Below, piece by piece: positions 23,977-37,294 of a DNA stretch of 64,000 bases; position 1 is the stretch's first letter; each line of letters starts with the position of its first letter. Source of the stretch: Bigelowiella natans CCMP2755 (Eukaryota; Protista; Cercozoa); assembly GCA_000320545.1 (NCBI GenBank), contig ADNK01000510.1, positions 1 to 64,000 on the forward strand. The letters run 5' to 3'. Under the pieces are notes generated by a model that was not told where the DNA came from, made no database searches, and saw only the letters and a program-made list of their open reading frames with translations. The position numbers and the translations under genes were made by a program.

Positions 23977-26212
23977 GGGTGTGTGTACGGTGAGCAGGTT
24001 GTTAAGGAAGGCTTCAATGTACGATCCTGGAAAAACAGATGGATGGTAGCAATGGAAATAGTAGGATGATGATGTTGATGATGATGATGATGGGGAAGGA
24101 AGGAAGGAAGGAGGAGAGGACTTAGGCGTCACAACCCCTATGAATCATTATCATTCGTAAGGCATTCCTCGATTTAGATAATGCATAATTCTCCTCATAT
24201 ATTCTCATGATTTAGATTAAGGCATAAATTCTCCTCATATATTCTACTCACTGTAAAATCCATCTACACCTACCTACCTATTAGGTGGTATCAGAGTCCA
24301 TGATTGCATATGGTGAGAAAGGGCAGAGGCCGAGGCAGGTGTGCGCAAGTATACATACATGCTTGTACGTGAGCGGTTGCGCGGAAATACTCTTGGTTCA
24401 ACTTTCCTTTTACAATTCCAAGTCGTCGTCGTCGCACAAAATTAACTACACTGCCTCCTTGCATTCGGCCATCAGATCTTTCGTCTCAACAATGCGACTA
24501 TAGAGCCAAGAAAGATAATTAAAGGTTGTAGTCCCGTCCGTCGTGGTGATCGTCGTCATCACTATGTGCATGCAGTCGTAGGAAATGAAATGATGATGAT
24601 GTTGGGTGACAGATAGTGCTTAAAATTCGCAGTTCCAATAATCTGATTATGAATGCCCTTGTTTTTATCATCATCATATAGGAGTTAAATACGCATGCTT
24701 ACAGCTAGTCCTTCCTGACTACAACAACCGAACCTTCCACTTCTACTCTGAGGCCAAGGTGGTAGTTTGTAGATATACAACGATGATTATGATGATGATA
24801 GTCAGATTGTTGATGAGGGCGCGAGATGAAAGGATGTAATGATAGACCGTTGCTGCTGCTGCTGCTGCTGCTGCAACGTCTTGTCATGTCGTCGCTGCTA
24901 CGAATCGCGCCGCCGTTTTCGTTCGTTATTTAGTTGCATTAGCATTACTTTCTTCTTGTTGTTGTTCTTGTTGTTGTACCACATCCAGGAATCCCCATCG
25001 GCAAACGAGGAGTGGTTCGCTGTGCTGTGGAATCGTACGACAGCATCGAGATACAGGCACCAATGTCGAGTCTTGCTTCAGATCCCAAATACCGCTATTC
25101 TCTCTCACCTCGACGCCCCCATCACCGCATTGCCAATCAAGCTTGCGCTCAATGGCAAGCCTCTGTCTTTCCAGTTGGTCGAGATCGTAAGGGACATTCT
25201 ACGGGGAGTTCCGATCAAGACAACCACCACAACGACAGATGGTGATGATGATGCCGACTATGGGAGGAGTAACGATGATGACAACAAGGATGGCCAAGGC
25301 AAATAGCAGGAGAGAAGAAGAAGCATTCTCACCACGCCCTTCCCTCTTTTTTCTCTTCTCATATAGTACTGATAGAGCTTTCATGCGTCTTCAAGCGTGT
25401 TTTTGACGTGTTAATGTATTTTCGACGGTTGTATGGCAACAGAACGGGGAGTGAAGTATATACAGTGTGCACGCGCAGTATCATCCTTCGAATGCAAGGT
25501 GGGTAGTAGTAGCAATAATGCTTACGCCAACTGGCATTGATTGCTCGCATCGTATAAATCAACATACGCACTTACTCACTCCTTTCACGGTTAATAGTAC
25601 TCTCAATACCGTATTTGGTATATGTTACAGATGTGCGAAAATGTAAATCGGGATAATCTGTAGTTTGATATGTGTGTGTGTGTGTGCATATGATATATTG
25701 TGTAGAATTCCGGACTATCTTCGAGCAAGGCAGCCACCTTCCTCAAAGCAGCACTGCAGTAAGAAGAATAACAATCATTGCAGTCGCATTTCCATCCCGT
25801 ACAACGCCTTCTGTCCTCCCCCGCCTTCTCTCTATTTGCTTGAAGAAATGTCGCGGATTCCGTTAGCGAGATCGATCTGAGTGACAATCCTATTGAGGAT
25901 ATTCCTGCAACACAGGTGTTAGTTGAATAACCTTGATCGCCGCATTGTTGTAGTAGTCTACTCCTTGATATGCAACCAGACTGTTCTTATGTGTGCGTGT
26001 GCACGTGTGTGTGTGTGTGTGTGTGTGTTATTTTTCCTTTCCTGCTGCCTTGGCTTTCTGACTCTTTCCTCCTTTCTCATTGTATTGCTATCATTCATAT
26101 TACCACAAAGGCATTATTCCAACAATGCTGCAATTTTACCACCCCCATTACTACGGCTTGCTTTTTCAGAAAATCATTAAAGCTGCTCTTGACACTGTTT
26201 TAGCACGAGGGG

Positions 26213-26264
<52 letters not shown>

Positions 26265-28282
26265 GCACACACAAAAAGAAAATGAAAATTACAGATTTTA
26301 ATTCGAAAGTACCTTTTCTACAATCTTAAATTTTTCCCGTGAATCATTTTTCTTGCTTCTGCTGCTGTTCTGCTGCTCTGTTACGTACGTGCTCCGATGG
26401 TGTTCCTCTTTCTCCTTCCCCTCTCAGAAAGCGTGCAAGAATATTTCTAAACTTACGATGGCTGGATGCAAGTTAGGACCTGCGATAATCCGGTAGCAGA
26501 AGTAGTAGTAGCGTATGCTTACATGACACAAACACACACACACACACGCATTTTGTTATATAATTTACACAGCACCATATCACGGGTGTGAATTGATGCT
26601 GCATGTGTACTTCAAGCGCTGTTATCCGTTACTGCTTCTGAGATAACTACGCCATTCTCCTAACCCCCTCTCCTTTGGCATCAAGCTATACCATTTCACT
26701 CGCAATCTTCAAATTCAAGAAATCATATAATTATTTCTCGGCTAACGTGTTTGTATGCATGTGTGTGATGGTCGCGGTATAAATACAGAATCTTGGGTCA
26801 ATTCGTGAGCAAATGGCACTCAATTGCCCGTCCGATTCGTAAATACACCATGGGCGGAGGATATCCACTGACACACCTCGATTTTTCGAACAATCCTTTA
26901 GAGAACTCTGGAGCACAGGTTGGTGATACGAAAGCACAGCGCGATAAAATGGTGAATGAGTGCGGCAGAAGGAAGTTGTACAATAGACAAACAAGTCCTT
27001 ATCGCAGCAACAAAATTGAAGGGACATTTTGAGCAAACGTGCTTGTTTACTTCGAAATCAACGCGGTGTATAGGCTACGATTTCCCAAAAAAGTTGTGTG
27101 TGATACGTACACTCGTTTGGACATGCGTCGATATAAAGCGTCATGACTTCTGCTATCATTTCAATGTCGTTCTGCTACATGATACTTACAGGCTCTGAAA
27201 GAGGCGTTCCACCCGAAGAGTGGAGCAAAGGTCATTGTTGTCGTCATCTTCATAAGAAATAGTAGTTTATGCTCGGAAAGCAGCAGCACAAGGACTACTC
27301 CGTGTGAATGATCATCGATCACCTGTTGCTTTGCTGTTCTCCTGCAATATTTTTCTTCTTCTCGCCACCACAGGTAACGGAGCTAGCACTGGCAGGATGC
27401 AAGATTGGAGACGAAGGAATAGAAGCCATTGCAAATATCCTCCAAGACGTACCGACTGTGCATATCTTGCAGCTCAGGGTGATACATACTACTGCTGTTG
27501 GAAAATTACTACTGATCATTCACAGTTTCACCTTCTCTCGTAGCCTTTCATCCTCCTCTCCCTTTCTCGCTATCATTCATCTCTTCGCTATAATTGCAGG
27601 AGAACGTATGTGGTGACAAAGGGATATACGCTCTTTGTAGCGCAGCAGTAGAACACCCCAGCCTCAGATGTCAGATATACTTACGCAACAAAATTATGCT
27701 TCATATTCGAATAGTCAACATGTAACGAAATAGAGATGTTTCAACACCATTTCTTTAATTACAACCTCAAATGTTCCATTTTCTGATAATTTGATGCAAA
27801 GTCTTCGAACCCTTAATTTGCCTATATACCACAGCTCTTGATGTATCTGGAAATGATAACGTGAAGAGAGCTGGAGCGATAGCACTCGCACACCTAGCCC
27901 AGGTATATTTCAATTTTGCATTTATGAAACAATTAGTTGTGTGCAAACACCCTTTAAATTTATCTGAACTTGCTTTTCATCTAATTAGTTCATGCAACAC
28001 ATCAACTTTGCATACGCGCACTTACATGCGTGTAGATATAACTCAATGGGTATAATTATCTTGCAGCGAAATAAAAAGTTCAAGAAATTTGCATTCCTAA
28101 ACGAGGAGCTCGACGAAACCGGATTAGATATGCTGCGCCTGCTTTCGATTGCCGCGAGTGATCGGAGCGAGCGTAGCAAGAGCGTTCCACTGCGACCTCA
28201 GTCTAGTAAAGCAAGCGTTTCAAAATCAGCTGTTGCCAAAAAATTAGCCCAGGCAGCTCAGAGAAGAAAAAATCATACTTGA
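19888..28282 (+). CDS. Multi-exon protein: Pro-rich N-terminus, two PH-like domains, charged coiled coil, C-terminal RNI-like leucine-rich repeats (5' end uncertain; could be two genes)
   Basis: PH-type segments MEGFMQKK..KWETRLF..RDAWAQSL and KSGWLTK..RRRFFVL..AENWIGCI. LRR segments EIDLSDNPIED, LTHLDFSNNPLE, VTELALAGCKIGDEGIEAIA and LDVSGNDNV. Stop at 28282. Confidence 0.65.
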
Positions 28283-31200
28283 CTTCACGCACGTATACAT
28301 ATGAGACTTTTGTTTCTGAAGAGACTTATTTTGGTTGCGAAAACTTCATAGTGAAAATTTATAGTACATAGTGTTCATTGTAGGAAGTGTATAGGTTTAA
28401 TTGCATGATTTGGAACATGTCATTTAATCTAAAAATACAAATTATTTCCATGTGAATTGTTGGTCACATTTGTTGTAGCGTAGGGAATTTCTTGATGTGT
28501 TTTGTTCACGTAGCAACGTCACATGCAACGACTGCTGGCTAGCAGGCACGCCTGCTGACCACACTAGCACAACTAGACAACTGCGATGATCATTGTTGTT
28601 AGATGTGTTGCAAATTTGACAACGCGCACGCTAGCACGTGCACACATCTACATGCTAGCATGCCAGCATGGTCTAGTAGTGTGATGTGTGCGTGTGCGCG
28701 TGCGCATGTGTGCATTGCTGCAATTTGCAACACAGTGGAAGCAATCTATGATCTAGCAATTTGAATCTGACTGCCCGCATGCCTGCTAGATGCGCGCGCA
28801 ACCACCCTTCAATCCCTGGCAACCCGTGTGTCATTCATTGCTGAATTGTGGAGTGCGATCCCGATGTTCCAGTCTGGCAGTGTTTGTGGCTTTCTAGCTT
28901 TGCAGTCTAGCAGTGGCCACAGATCCAAAGACAGATTGTGTCTGTGTCTTCAGATCGACAAAGTATGTCACAGGCAAGTCACACTCTCTCCTCCAGTTCT
29001 GAACGGATTGCAAGTGAGCACTGCTTCTTGTTTTTGCAAGTTCACGTGGAAGGCAAGTCCACAAGTGCACCAGATTTTGTGTGAACATTCGTGGCAGGAT
29101 TTCATGAATGATGAATGATTCGTTCCATCGTTGACAGATCCACCAGGCTGAAAAATCCAGAAGTGAAGAGAAGGCTTGTCAAGAAGCATGCTAGCATGAA
29201 ACATCCATGGACATCATCAAGTTTTTGAACACCACTTACGAGAACAGTTGCCAAATGTAAGGAGCAAAGTGTGCCACCACGTAGTTGCTGTTTTTTGCGT
29301 ATGTTTCAATTTTAGCAAAAAAATGAGTAAATCAATCTGCCGCATGAAGCGAATGTCCTGTGCTTCGCTGAGTAGCAATGCAGATAATTATTTTATAGGT
29401 TGTCGATAGATATCTTCAGGAAGGACATCAAGACCATAAGTGCGTTTTTTGGATGCGTCGTCCTTATCTACGCCGTATCTAGAGAAAAGGGCAATATTTT
29501 TATTTTTTATACGAATTCGAAGCCGTATGTGCTGATCAGTTTGTGTCTTATTCCCGGATCACATTCGGCTTCCACCTCCAAAACCCTCTCGCGAAGCGTC
29601 GTCTTGACCGTCAGGAGGAGGAGAGGAGGATCCACCCTTAGGCCTTTTCTGTTTCCCAAAGCCTAATACTGAACCGATATTAAAAGGACAAAGACGAAAG
29701 AATCGAAGAGAAGACAGGATAGAACCAGAGGATGATGAACCGCAAGTCTCATCGCTCGACTTCCGACCGACGTTTCAGAAGAAGCAGCAGCCCAAATACA
29801 AACCAAGGCGACGATACCCCCGAGCAAAAAGATCTTAATGATGATGCGAAAGCAATTTTTCGTCGAACATCCTTGAGGTAAAGAATTTTTAAGGGACTGA
29901 TGTGAAGACACTTTTTTAAAGCATACCTTCGATAGGCCTTCGACTCCAGCTTCCACACAACCCTCGTTTCTTTCGGATTTGCCGCCTCTTTCTACTCCTG
30001 ATAATCGTCGCCAAAGAAGCCATGGACTTTCTCAACCAGCCTTTGGGACCCCAAGTCCGCTCCTTCCAGGGCGGAAAGGAAGAAACCAACTTCCTGCAGT
30101 TGTCCCCGATCACAACGAAAACCGAGGTACCAGCAGCAGCAGCAGCAGCAGACAATCGAAAAGAAGGAAGTATGTAGATTCGGTTCGTTTCTATCTCGAA
30201 GGACAATATTCAGGAGAGTACAGTGTCGACATTGACAAAAGGGCAGCGATGCACAGGTAACGTCAAGAATTGGACTTAAATTTAAATATTACATTAATTT
30301 TCCCTCTCTTCAGTACATTCCTCCGCGCACTGATAACAACTCTCCTTGGGCCACGGAATACGTCCGAGAATAAGAAAGTATTTACCATTCAGCGGCAGGT
30401 AGACTAGAATGAATGCATCCGAATACGTTTGAGTTTTCTTGTACTTGGACAGATTGAGAAAAGAGATATGAGAATTGTGGTGTTCTATTTGGAGCTTAAA
30501 GCTAATGAGGTACGGATCATGTGGATGCAATGAGAAGTCATTTGTTTAAAATATCATACCTTGAAACTATCAGGGGTATATGAGCTACCCGTCCTTGAAT
30601 AATTTTGCAACGTTGAAGAAGATGATCATGTCTAATCGTGCTGCTTCTGAGTACGGATTTCATATCTGTTTCCTTCCATAAGGACATAATTTGAGCCATG
30701 TAATACCAGGTATTATACTCTCATCGGGCACGCAAATTTTCTTGGGATGATGCAACTGACGCAGTTGATTGAAAACGTACAACGAGTTTTAGTGCTTGAT
30801 ACAAGAGAAAACAAACACTGCAAACAATGCTTAGGTTAAGCATGAAGCAGGCTTCTTCACCAAACCATGCCGTGAGCGCAAAGAGATACGTCGAAGGTAC
30901 TCTTAAAAAGGATTCCTCTAGATGTAGTTATATCTTATTTGCGTGAAAATCAGGAGCGTAAAAGGCAGCCGGGGACTAAAGATGGTCGAGAGGGTAGATA
31001 CGATGCTAGTTAAGAAATGAACAAACGGAATGAGCACTAAGCAAAGTATCCTATATACTTGGCAGGTGACAGGCTCTGAGCTCACGATCTCTATAGGCCC
31101 ATGCAAGACATGCAAGCTTGGATGTGATATGGTGCAATCGTCATAACATGGCCTTCTACTTTGCTTTGATAGACCTTATAATATAGCGCTTGTAATTTGC

Positions 31201-32109
31201 AGCCTCACGAATGCTCTATTGCCCCCACATCGGCCGTGTATCTAAACAGAGCTCTTCAACAAAAACAGCTGGAAATCAGACATGTTGGGAATATTGTGCG
31301 TACGAACTATTATCCGGAAACACATCGTTGTTGTATGTTGTTATAGTTGGTGGTAAATACCAGGCGGGGGCGATGTCAAACAGGCGCAGCGGCAAAATTT
31401 CAAAATCGGAGGGAGACTTAAACTCGGTTAACAGTTTCGTAACTACCAGGTTAAAATATATGACAGATAATTGCAGAGGATGTGTCTTCTCGCGCACAGT
31501 AAAAGATCGCACTAATCAAATTTGTAGGTCCAAGTATACCGTAAAGAGCGGGATAGAAATGAGAAATGGAAAGCCCATTAATTCTCGCAATAAGGGTGGG
31601 ATCCCATTTAATAATAGAGGAGAAGGAATTGCTGGTAATTCCTCCATCCACAGCATTTGTAGCCGCTATTCTCAGTGTAGTAGTACAAGAGGTGCCAATA
31701 AACATATCTATTAGGCTCCGAAGGTTACTTTAAAAGGAAAAGAAAGCTTCTCAATAGGGAGAAAATTGAGAAGGTAGTACTACCTTTAATAATTTTATTT
31801 GGTGCTAAATCACGTGTTTATTTAGGCAAAGAAAAAAGCTGTTATGAAGTGCATTAAAAATTCTTTTCAATCTGATTCGTTCAAGCGGCAGGTAGCTGCT
31901 CCTAAACTAGCTAGCTAGGCTAAAACATAGCTAGATAGGGCAAATTTTTGTGAATCAATAAACTTACTTATCACCGTGGCTCAGCTTGCATTCTGGGCAG
32001 AAGTTGATAAAACCCCATTTGAGGAGCTTCTTTTGGAGGTATGAGGATCCCCTCTTTTACACGTTATAACTGTTGCAAAAACAAATTATGAAAGGAGCGC
32101 TGCCAAAGC

Positions 32110-32600
32110 ATCCATGCTAGCATGCATCGATGTGCAAGCTAGCTAGCTATGCTAGCAAGTTGTCTTTGAGTATTACACACCTCGATGTCGAAATGTACAT
32201 CTCTAGTCTCTAGCTAGCCAAATCTAAGGACATCTCGATCTAGCTAGCTAGCTAGCTAGCTAGTGCAGATCTCAGATCTATGAAGGATTGCTAGATTGCT
32301 TGGTTGCTATCTAGCTATGTGTACGTGTGATCGAACAAAAAAAACACAAGACATACTAGCTAGCTAGCTAGCTAGCTAGACTGACACACACGCACAGCTC
32401 TAGCTAGCTAGGATCGATGTACGTTGGTGGCCGCTAATAACTAGCTAGCTCTAGAGCTACTACCGACTCTGGATTAGCTAGCTAGCTAGCTAGCTAGCCC
32501 TGGCAGTAGACAGCGCTACCTCTGCATCCATGGACATGCTGGACGCGCATGCCGCAAATGTTGCACCAAGGCATGCTAGCATGTTGCTACGTTTTGCTTG
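32110..32600. repeat. Clustered (TAGC)n tetranucleotide arrays
   Basis: Runs at ~32241-32263, 32356-32379, 32400-32411 and 32475-32498, plus scattered GCTAGC. Confidence 0.85.
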
Positions 32601-32800
32601 CATGATATTTTAGCTTACAATTGTTGCTGCATCAACTGTGTTCGCAGGCATATGCACATTTCTACAGATAGCTTGCAGCATGCAATTCACACCAAATAAT
32701 CATATGTATTCATTTGAATAAAATATTTATTAGAAAACGATATCACAAGCTCATTTATGTATGAGATTCAAAACAGTGGCAAGAAAGTGATTTAACATAT

Positions 32801-35800
32801 TTAATTGACTACATTATATTTCTTCTTTGGAGCGTCCCACGAGGATTCCTTCGTTGATGTGTTATAGAAGTATGGGTTTCCATTATCGTCTTTTAGCTGA
32901 ATCCATCCTTCAGGTAGACCGCTGTCGGAGCCCGCTGAGCTTGCGGTTGCATTCGAATGTTTCTTCCCATGCGCCATCATTTTGTCAGCTCCCCCCATCT
33001 TATCCATTTTATCCGCTCCCCCCATCTTATCTAACGATCCAGATGTCGATGACGCTGCGTGTGAGCCAGTAGGCCTCTCCCACTGAGACTGCTTGGTAGT
33101 CTGGTTGTAGTAGTACTGGTGTCCCTCGTCGTCACGAAGTGCCACCCATCCAGGAGGTAAGGTTTTGCTCGACGCAATGCTTGAAGCAGAGCCTCGGGTG
33201 TAGTTGCTATGGTTGCTGGCTGCTTGGCGGTGACTCCTCAACAAGGAAGTATTTGCGTTCGAGGTAGTAGTGCTGCGACCGTTGAGTGCAACTGTCTCAT
33301 CGTCGTCGTCATCATCGTCTACAATGTGAGCGAACTTTTGATCCCAACCCTTAGCGTCTCCACCGCTCAAGCTGACGAGATCGTCGTCATCGTTGGCCTT
33401 ACGGTTAGGTGGGTGGAAGATCATCACGCGCATTTTATCCTTCTCAAACTTCTTAACCTGGCTAGACCCCTTAGGAATCAACCAGATCTTCGTGGATCCC
33501 ATCTTGACATATCTGTAAGGCTTGAATTTGCCGTGGGACAAAAGCAGGTAAGTCTTACCAGCCTCGAGCTCTTCAAGGTGCACACGTTCAGGGAAGTCAG
33601 GAGCGAGCGCCCACTCTGCGTCAGATATGTTGGATACTTCAGTCGAACTGGCGTTGCTCTTCTGGTCGGTCCCGCCAATAAGCTTCTGGCCGGTCACAGT
33701 GAGGCTCATGCCACTCTGGATGTACTGCATCATAGAGTTAAGGCGGAATACGTCAAAGAGAGTATCGAAACGGTACTGGTGGAGGAATGCCCTAGCAGTG
33801 TAGGCCCATGCAGTGCGGTTCTCCACAAGCGCATTGTAGGTCTTTCCAGAGCTGAGGAACTTTTCGTACAACTCCATTGCCTCCTCTTTGAAGGCCTCGA
33901 CGACGAGCGCCGGTGCCTTCTCATCTAGATAGTAGTAGTGACCGTAGATGATGTATAGATTCAGAGAGAATGCAAGTGAACCTGCAATCAACGCAACCAA
34001 TGCAAGCTGTCCAACAATTACGATAGGCGAAGCGAGGATGGAGATAAGCGCTGCAGCTGCAGCCGATGAGGCAATGATACGAAGAATATTGATGATAAGT
34101 TGCCAGCCTAGAATGGTTTCCGTCTTCATCAGTGTTTCCTCGACTTTACTTCCTGCTGGGACATTATTAATCGCTCCAGTAAGATACTGCTTGAGACCAC
34201 CGACGGTACCACACGTGATTCCGCAAACGCGCTCAGGCTTCCAGAGGAAGGTCTGCTGCTTCATGAGGAAGAAGATACCGATGATGACTGGAATTGGACC
34301 GATTGCACCAACAAGGATGCCAGTTGCCACCAAAGCAGCTGCTGCGATTTCCTGAACTCCCGTTAAGACAAGGAGGTCAAGGATCGACTGTACAATAGCC
34401 GACATAGCGGCAATGAAACCAGCAACCATAATCAGGGTCACCTTGTTCACCTCGACCGAAGCATAGTAGAACTCTTCCAGATCTCGGATCTCCTTCTCGA
34501 AGCTGAAGTCAGATTTCGCGAAAGCGAGAATCCTGTTGATGCCACGCAGCTTGCGGATGATGGCCTTGGTCTTTTGAGCGAGGGTGGAGGCAGGGAGCTC
34601 CTTGGAGCAGAAGCCACGGAAGAAGCGACCAATACGTGCGCAGTAGTTGTTTCCGCAGGATCGAGGTCGGCAGAGACCGAAATGAACAGGGCCCTGCTCG
34701 ATAGAGGACCGTGCTTGAGGCTCCCATTCCTCAATATCCTGGAGGACTTCTTCTACAGCACCGACTAGTCCAGGAGTAGCCTTCTTCGATTCGGTGGCAG
34801 CATCTCTCAGGTCCATGAGAGAGAAGGCGAGAGCTGTAAGAGCGTCTTGGGTGTAAGGATGCCCTGCGTATTCTGTAGAGATCAACTTGCCAAGAAGTTC
34901 CTCGAGAACCTTATCGACCTCTGCGACGAGGGAGGTCTCCTTGCTTACAACGACACTGCGCACACGCTTGTGTTCCTGCTGCCTGACCTCCTCGATATTA
35001 CTGAGCAACCGGGAGCGCGCTGCAGCTCCTCCGTTCTTGCTCTTGCTGATGCTCTTGTCCCAGAGGGACTGCACCTTCTTGTAAAAGCGATAGTCTAGAG
35101 GCTTGCCGATCCTCTTGCACCACTTCGTGGCCTCCCTTAGAGTACGCTGGATGGAGACGATGAAAGGGTCATTCTCAGTAGCTCCATGGACCTCGTAACT
35201 GTTACCCCTCTGAGCGTGTAGGGCCTCTTTGAGAGGGTTGAGCTTCGACTCGACGAAGTAAGCCTGGAAGTCTTCGTTCCTTCGGAGGTAACGAGAAGAG
35301 TTTGTCACTGACGCAAACGCAAGGATTGGACCAACGAATCGGAAGACAATACCGATTTGGTTGATGAAAGGAATGCCCTCGCCGTTGTCTTGGGTAGCGT
35401 TGGCCGCAGCGAGACCTCCGGCCACGAGGGTAGCTGAAACGGTGAATCCGTTGATAAATGCCTGCACCTCAGGGCTCTGGTTGTCAGCAATGGAGTCGAG
35501 AGGATTCGACTGGTTGTAGAATTCGGTGGAAATACGCTTGCCCGTATCACCCTCCGCGCGCGCAAAGTTGACCACGTATAGGAAGATCTTGCGCATTACA
35601 TCAGCCCTCCACCTCAGGTCCTCCTTAGTATCGTTAAACACATTGGTTTCCGCAGCGTTTGCCATGTACACCCTCAGCTCGTCGTTGAGTTTCTGAAGCA
35701 TAGCTTTCTGGAAGATAGGGTTGTGCTCGAGACGGCGTGGGACAAGGCTGCACGCGAACTTGCGCATCCAATCCGAGGAAGAGATGCCAAACATGGTATG

Positions 35801-37252
35801 AGGACTTAGGTTCCTGAACTCCTTCTTGAGAGAGAACTCCTCGATCTTGTGATAGAGGAAGTCGAGCCAAGCCTGATACTGAAATCCGGGGCGAAGGAAT
35901 CCGTCCTCACCGTAGCCAATGCCAATACCTCGGGTAACGACTTCGGCGTTTGACCAGTTGACCTGATCCACGTACCGCATATATCTCTTCTTGAAAGGGA
36001 CCTTCTTGATGTGATCCTCGACGAAGAAGTTAATCTCCATGGCATTGATGGCAGCCCCGGTGAGACCCGAGTACCTCATGAAGTGAGGAGTAGATTGGTT
36101 GTCTCCCACAGGGATATACAACACACCAAGATCCTTGTTCTGAATCCTCGCAGCGCTGTGGTTCACATAGTGGACGACGGGGAAAGTTGCGAATGCGACC
36201 TTGGACTCGGTTCTGCCATCAGGAGCTCGAGCGAAGTCTCCAGCAATGTACACCTGGATGTTCTGGTGTACCTCAGTGACGTGGCCATCCATATCCCTCA
36301 CCAAGTACGGCATCTTGCTGCAGTACCAGGTCCTTTTCGCTCGGCTGAGTAGCTCGTAGCGGCCTGGAGCTAGCACTGAAACTCCGGAGGCTGCTTCCAC
36401 GTGGAAAGCATCGCCCTTGACAAGCTGAGAGATGGTGGTTGGAGTGCTCGAGTCGATGAGCGTGTACTCAGGAATTCGTTCCTGGGCACCGGGGTTGAAT
36501 ACGTCGCCAGTCTTCAGTGCATCAAAGGCACCCTGGAAAAACAGCTTAGCTGAGAATCGAGCAAGGGCCTTTTTAAAATGCTTGATCTGTTTCGCATCGG
36601 CGTACTCCTTGCCGAGTCTGGTTCCAACCTCCTCCTGCCAATCAGTAAACTCCTTATTCACTTCCATACCGAGGTAGGTGTTGTCACCGGTTTCGAACAC
36701 ACGCGATTGCAGTGTTTCTCGGAAATAACCAGGGGATTCGTCGCTGTAGCGATTCACCTCAGCTACAACCTCACGGTACACGCCGGAAAAGTTAGCTGCG
36801 GATCCCTTGAAGTCGTTCTGGGCGGCAGCCCTCCAGTCGTTCGTGGCGACGTAGTGCGTCATCATCTCAGCGATCTTGGATGTGGAGATGACTTTGGTGA
36901 AGTCTCCCACTAGACGAGTGTTATCCTCAACGATGGATCGAATGTCGTTGATCAAGCTGTTCTTCCATCGAGGCACACCCATTTGGTGCATAACGTGGGA
37001 CACCTTGGAACCACTCAGACAAGCAACACCGTAGTACTCTTTGGTAGTAAGAGGGAAGTGGTTGCCGGTGTTGGCCGACTTACCAGTAGCGATGACGAAG
37101 TGGGAGAGGCGGAGGTCCAGCTCGAATTTCTGGTCGCTCGTAAGATTGCGGGTAAGCGTCGTCTTACTGTTGCCGGCGAAGCACTCAAGCTCCGTTTTGA
37201 GCACCTATGAAAGATACGGGACATTATAAGTATACTGAATGAGACAACACTA

Positions 37253-37294
<42 letters not shown>

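Noticed and set aside
28501-29235. CpG-methylation decay or fungal RIP as the cause of the TG/CA excess
   Set aside because: CpG is retained and TpA is lost; RIP would increase TpA.
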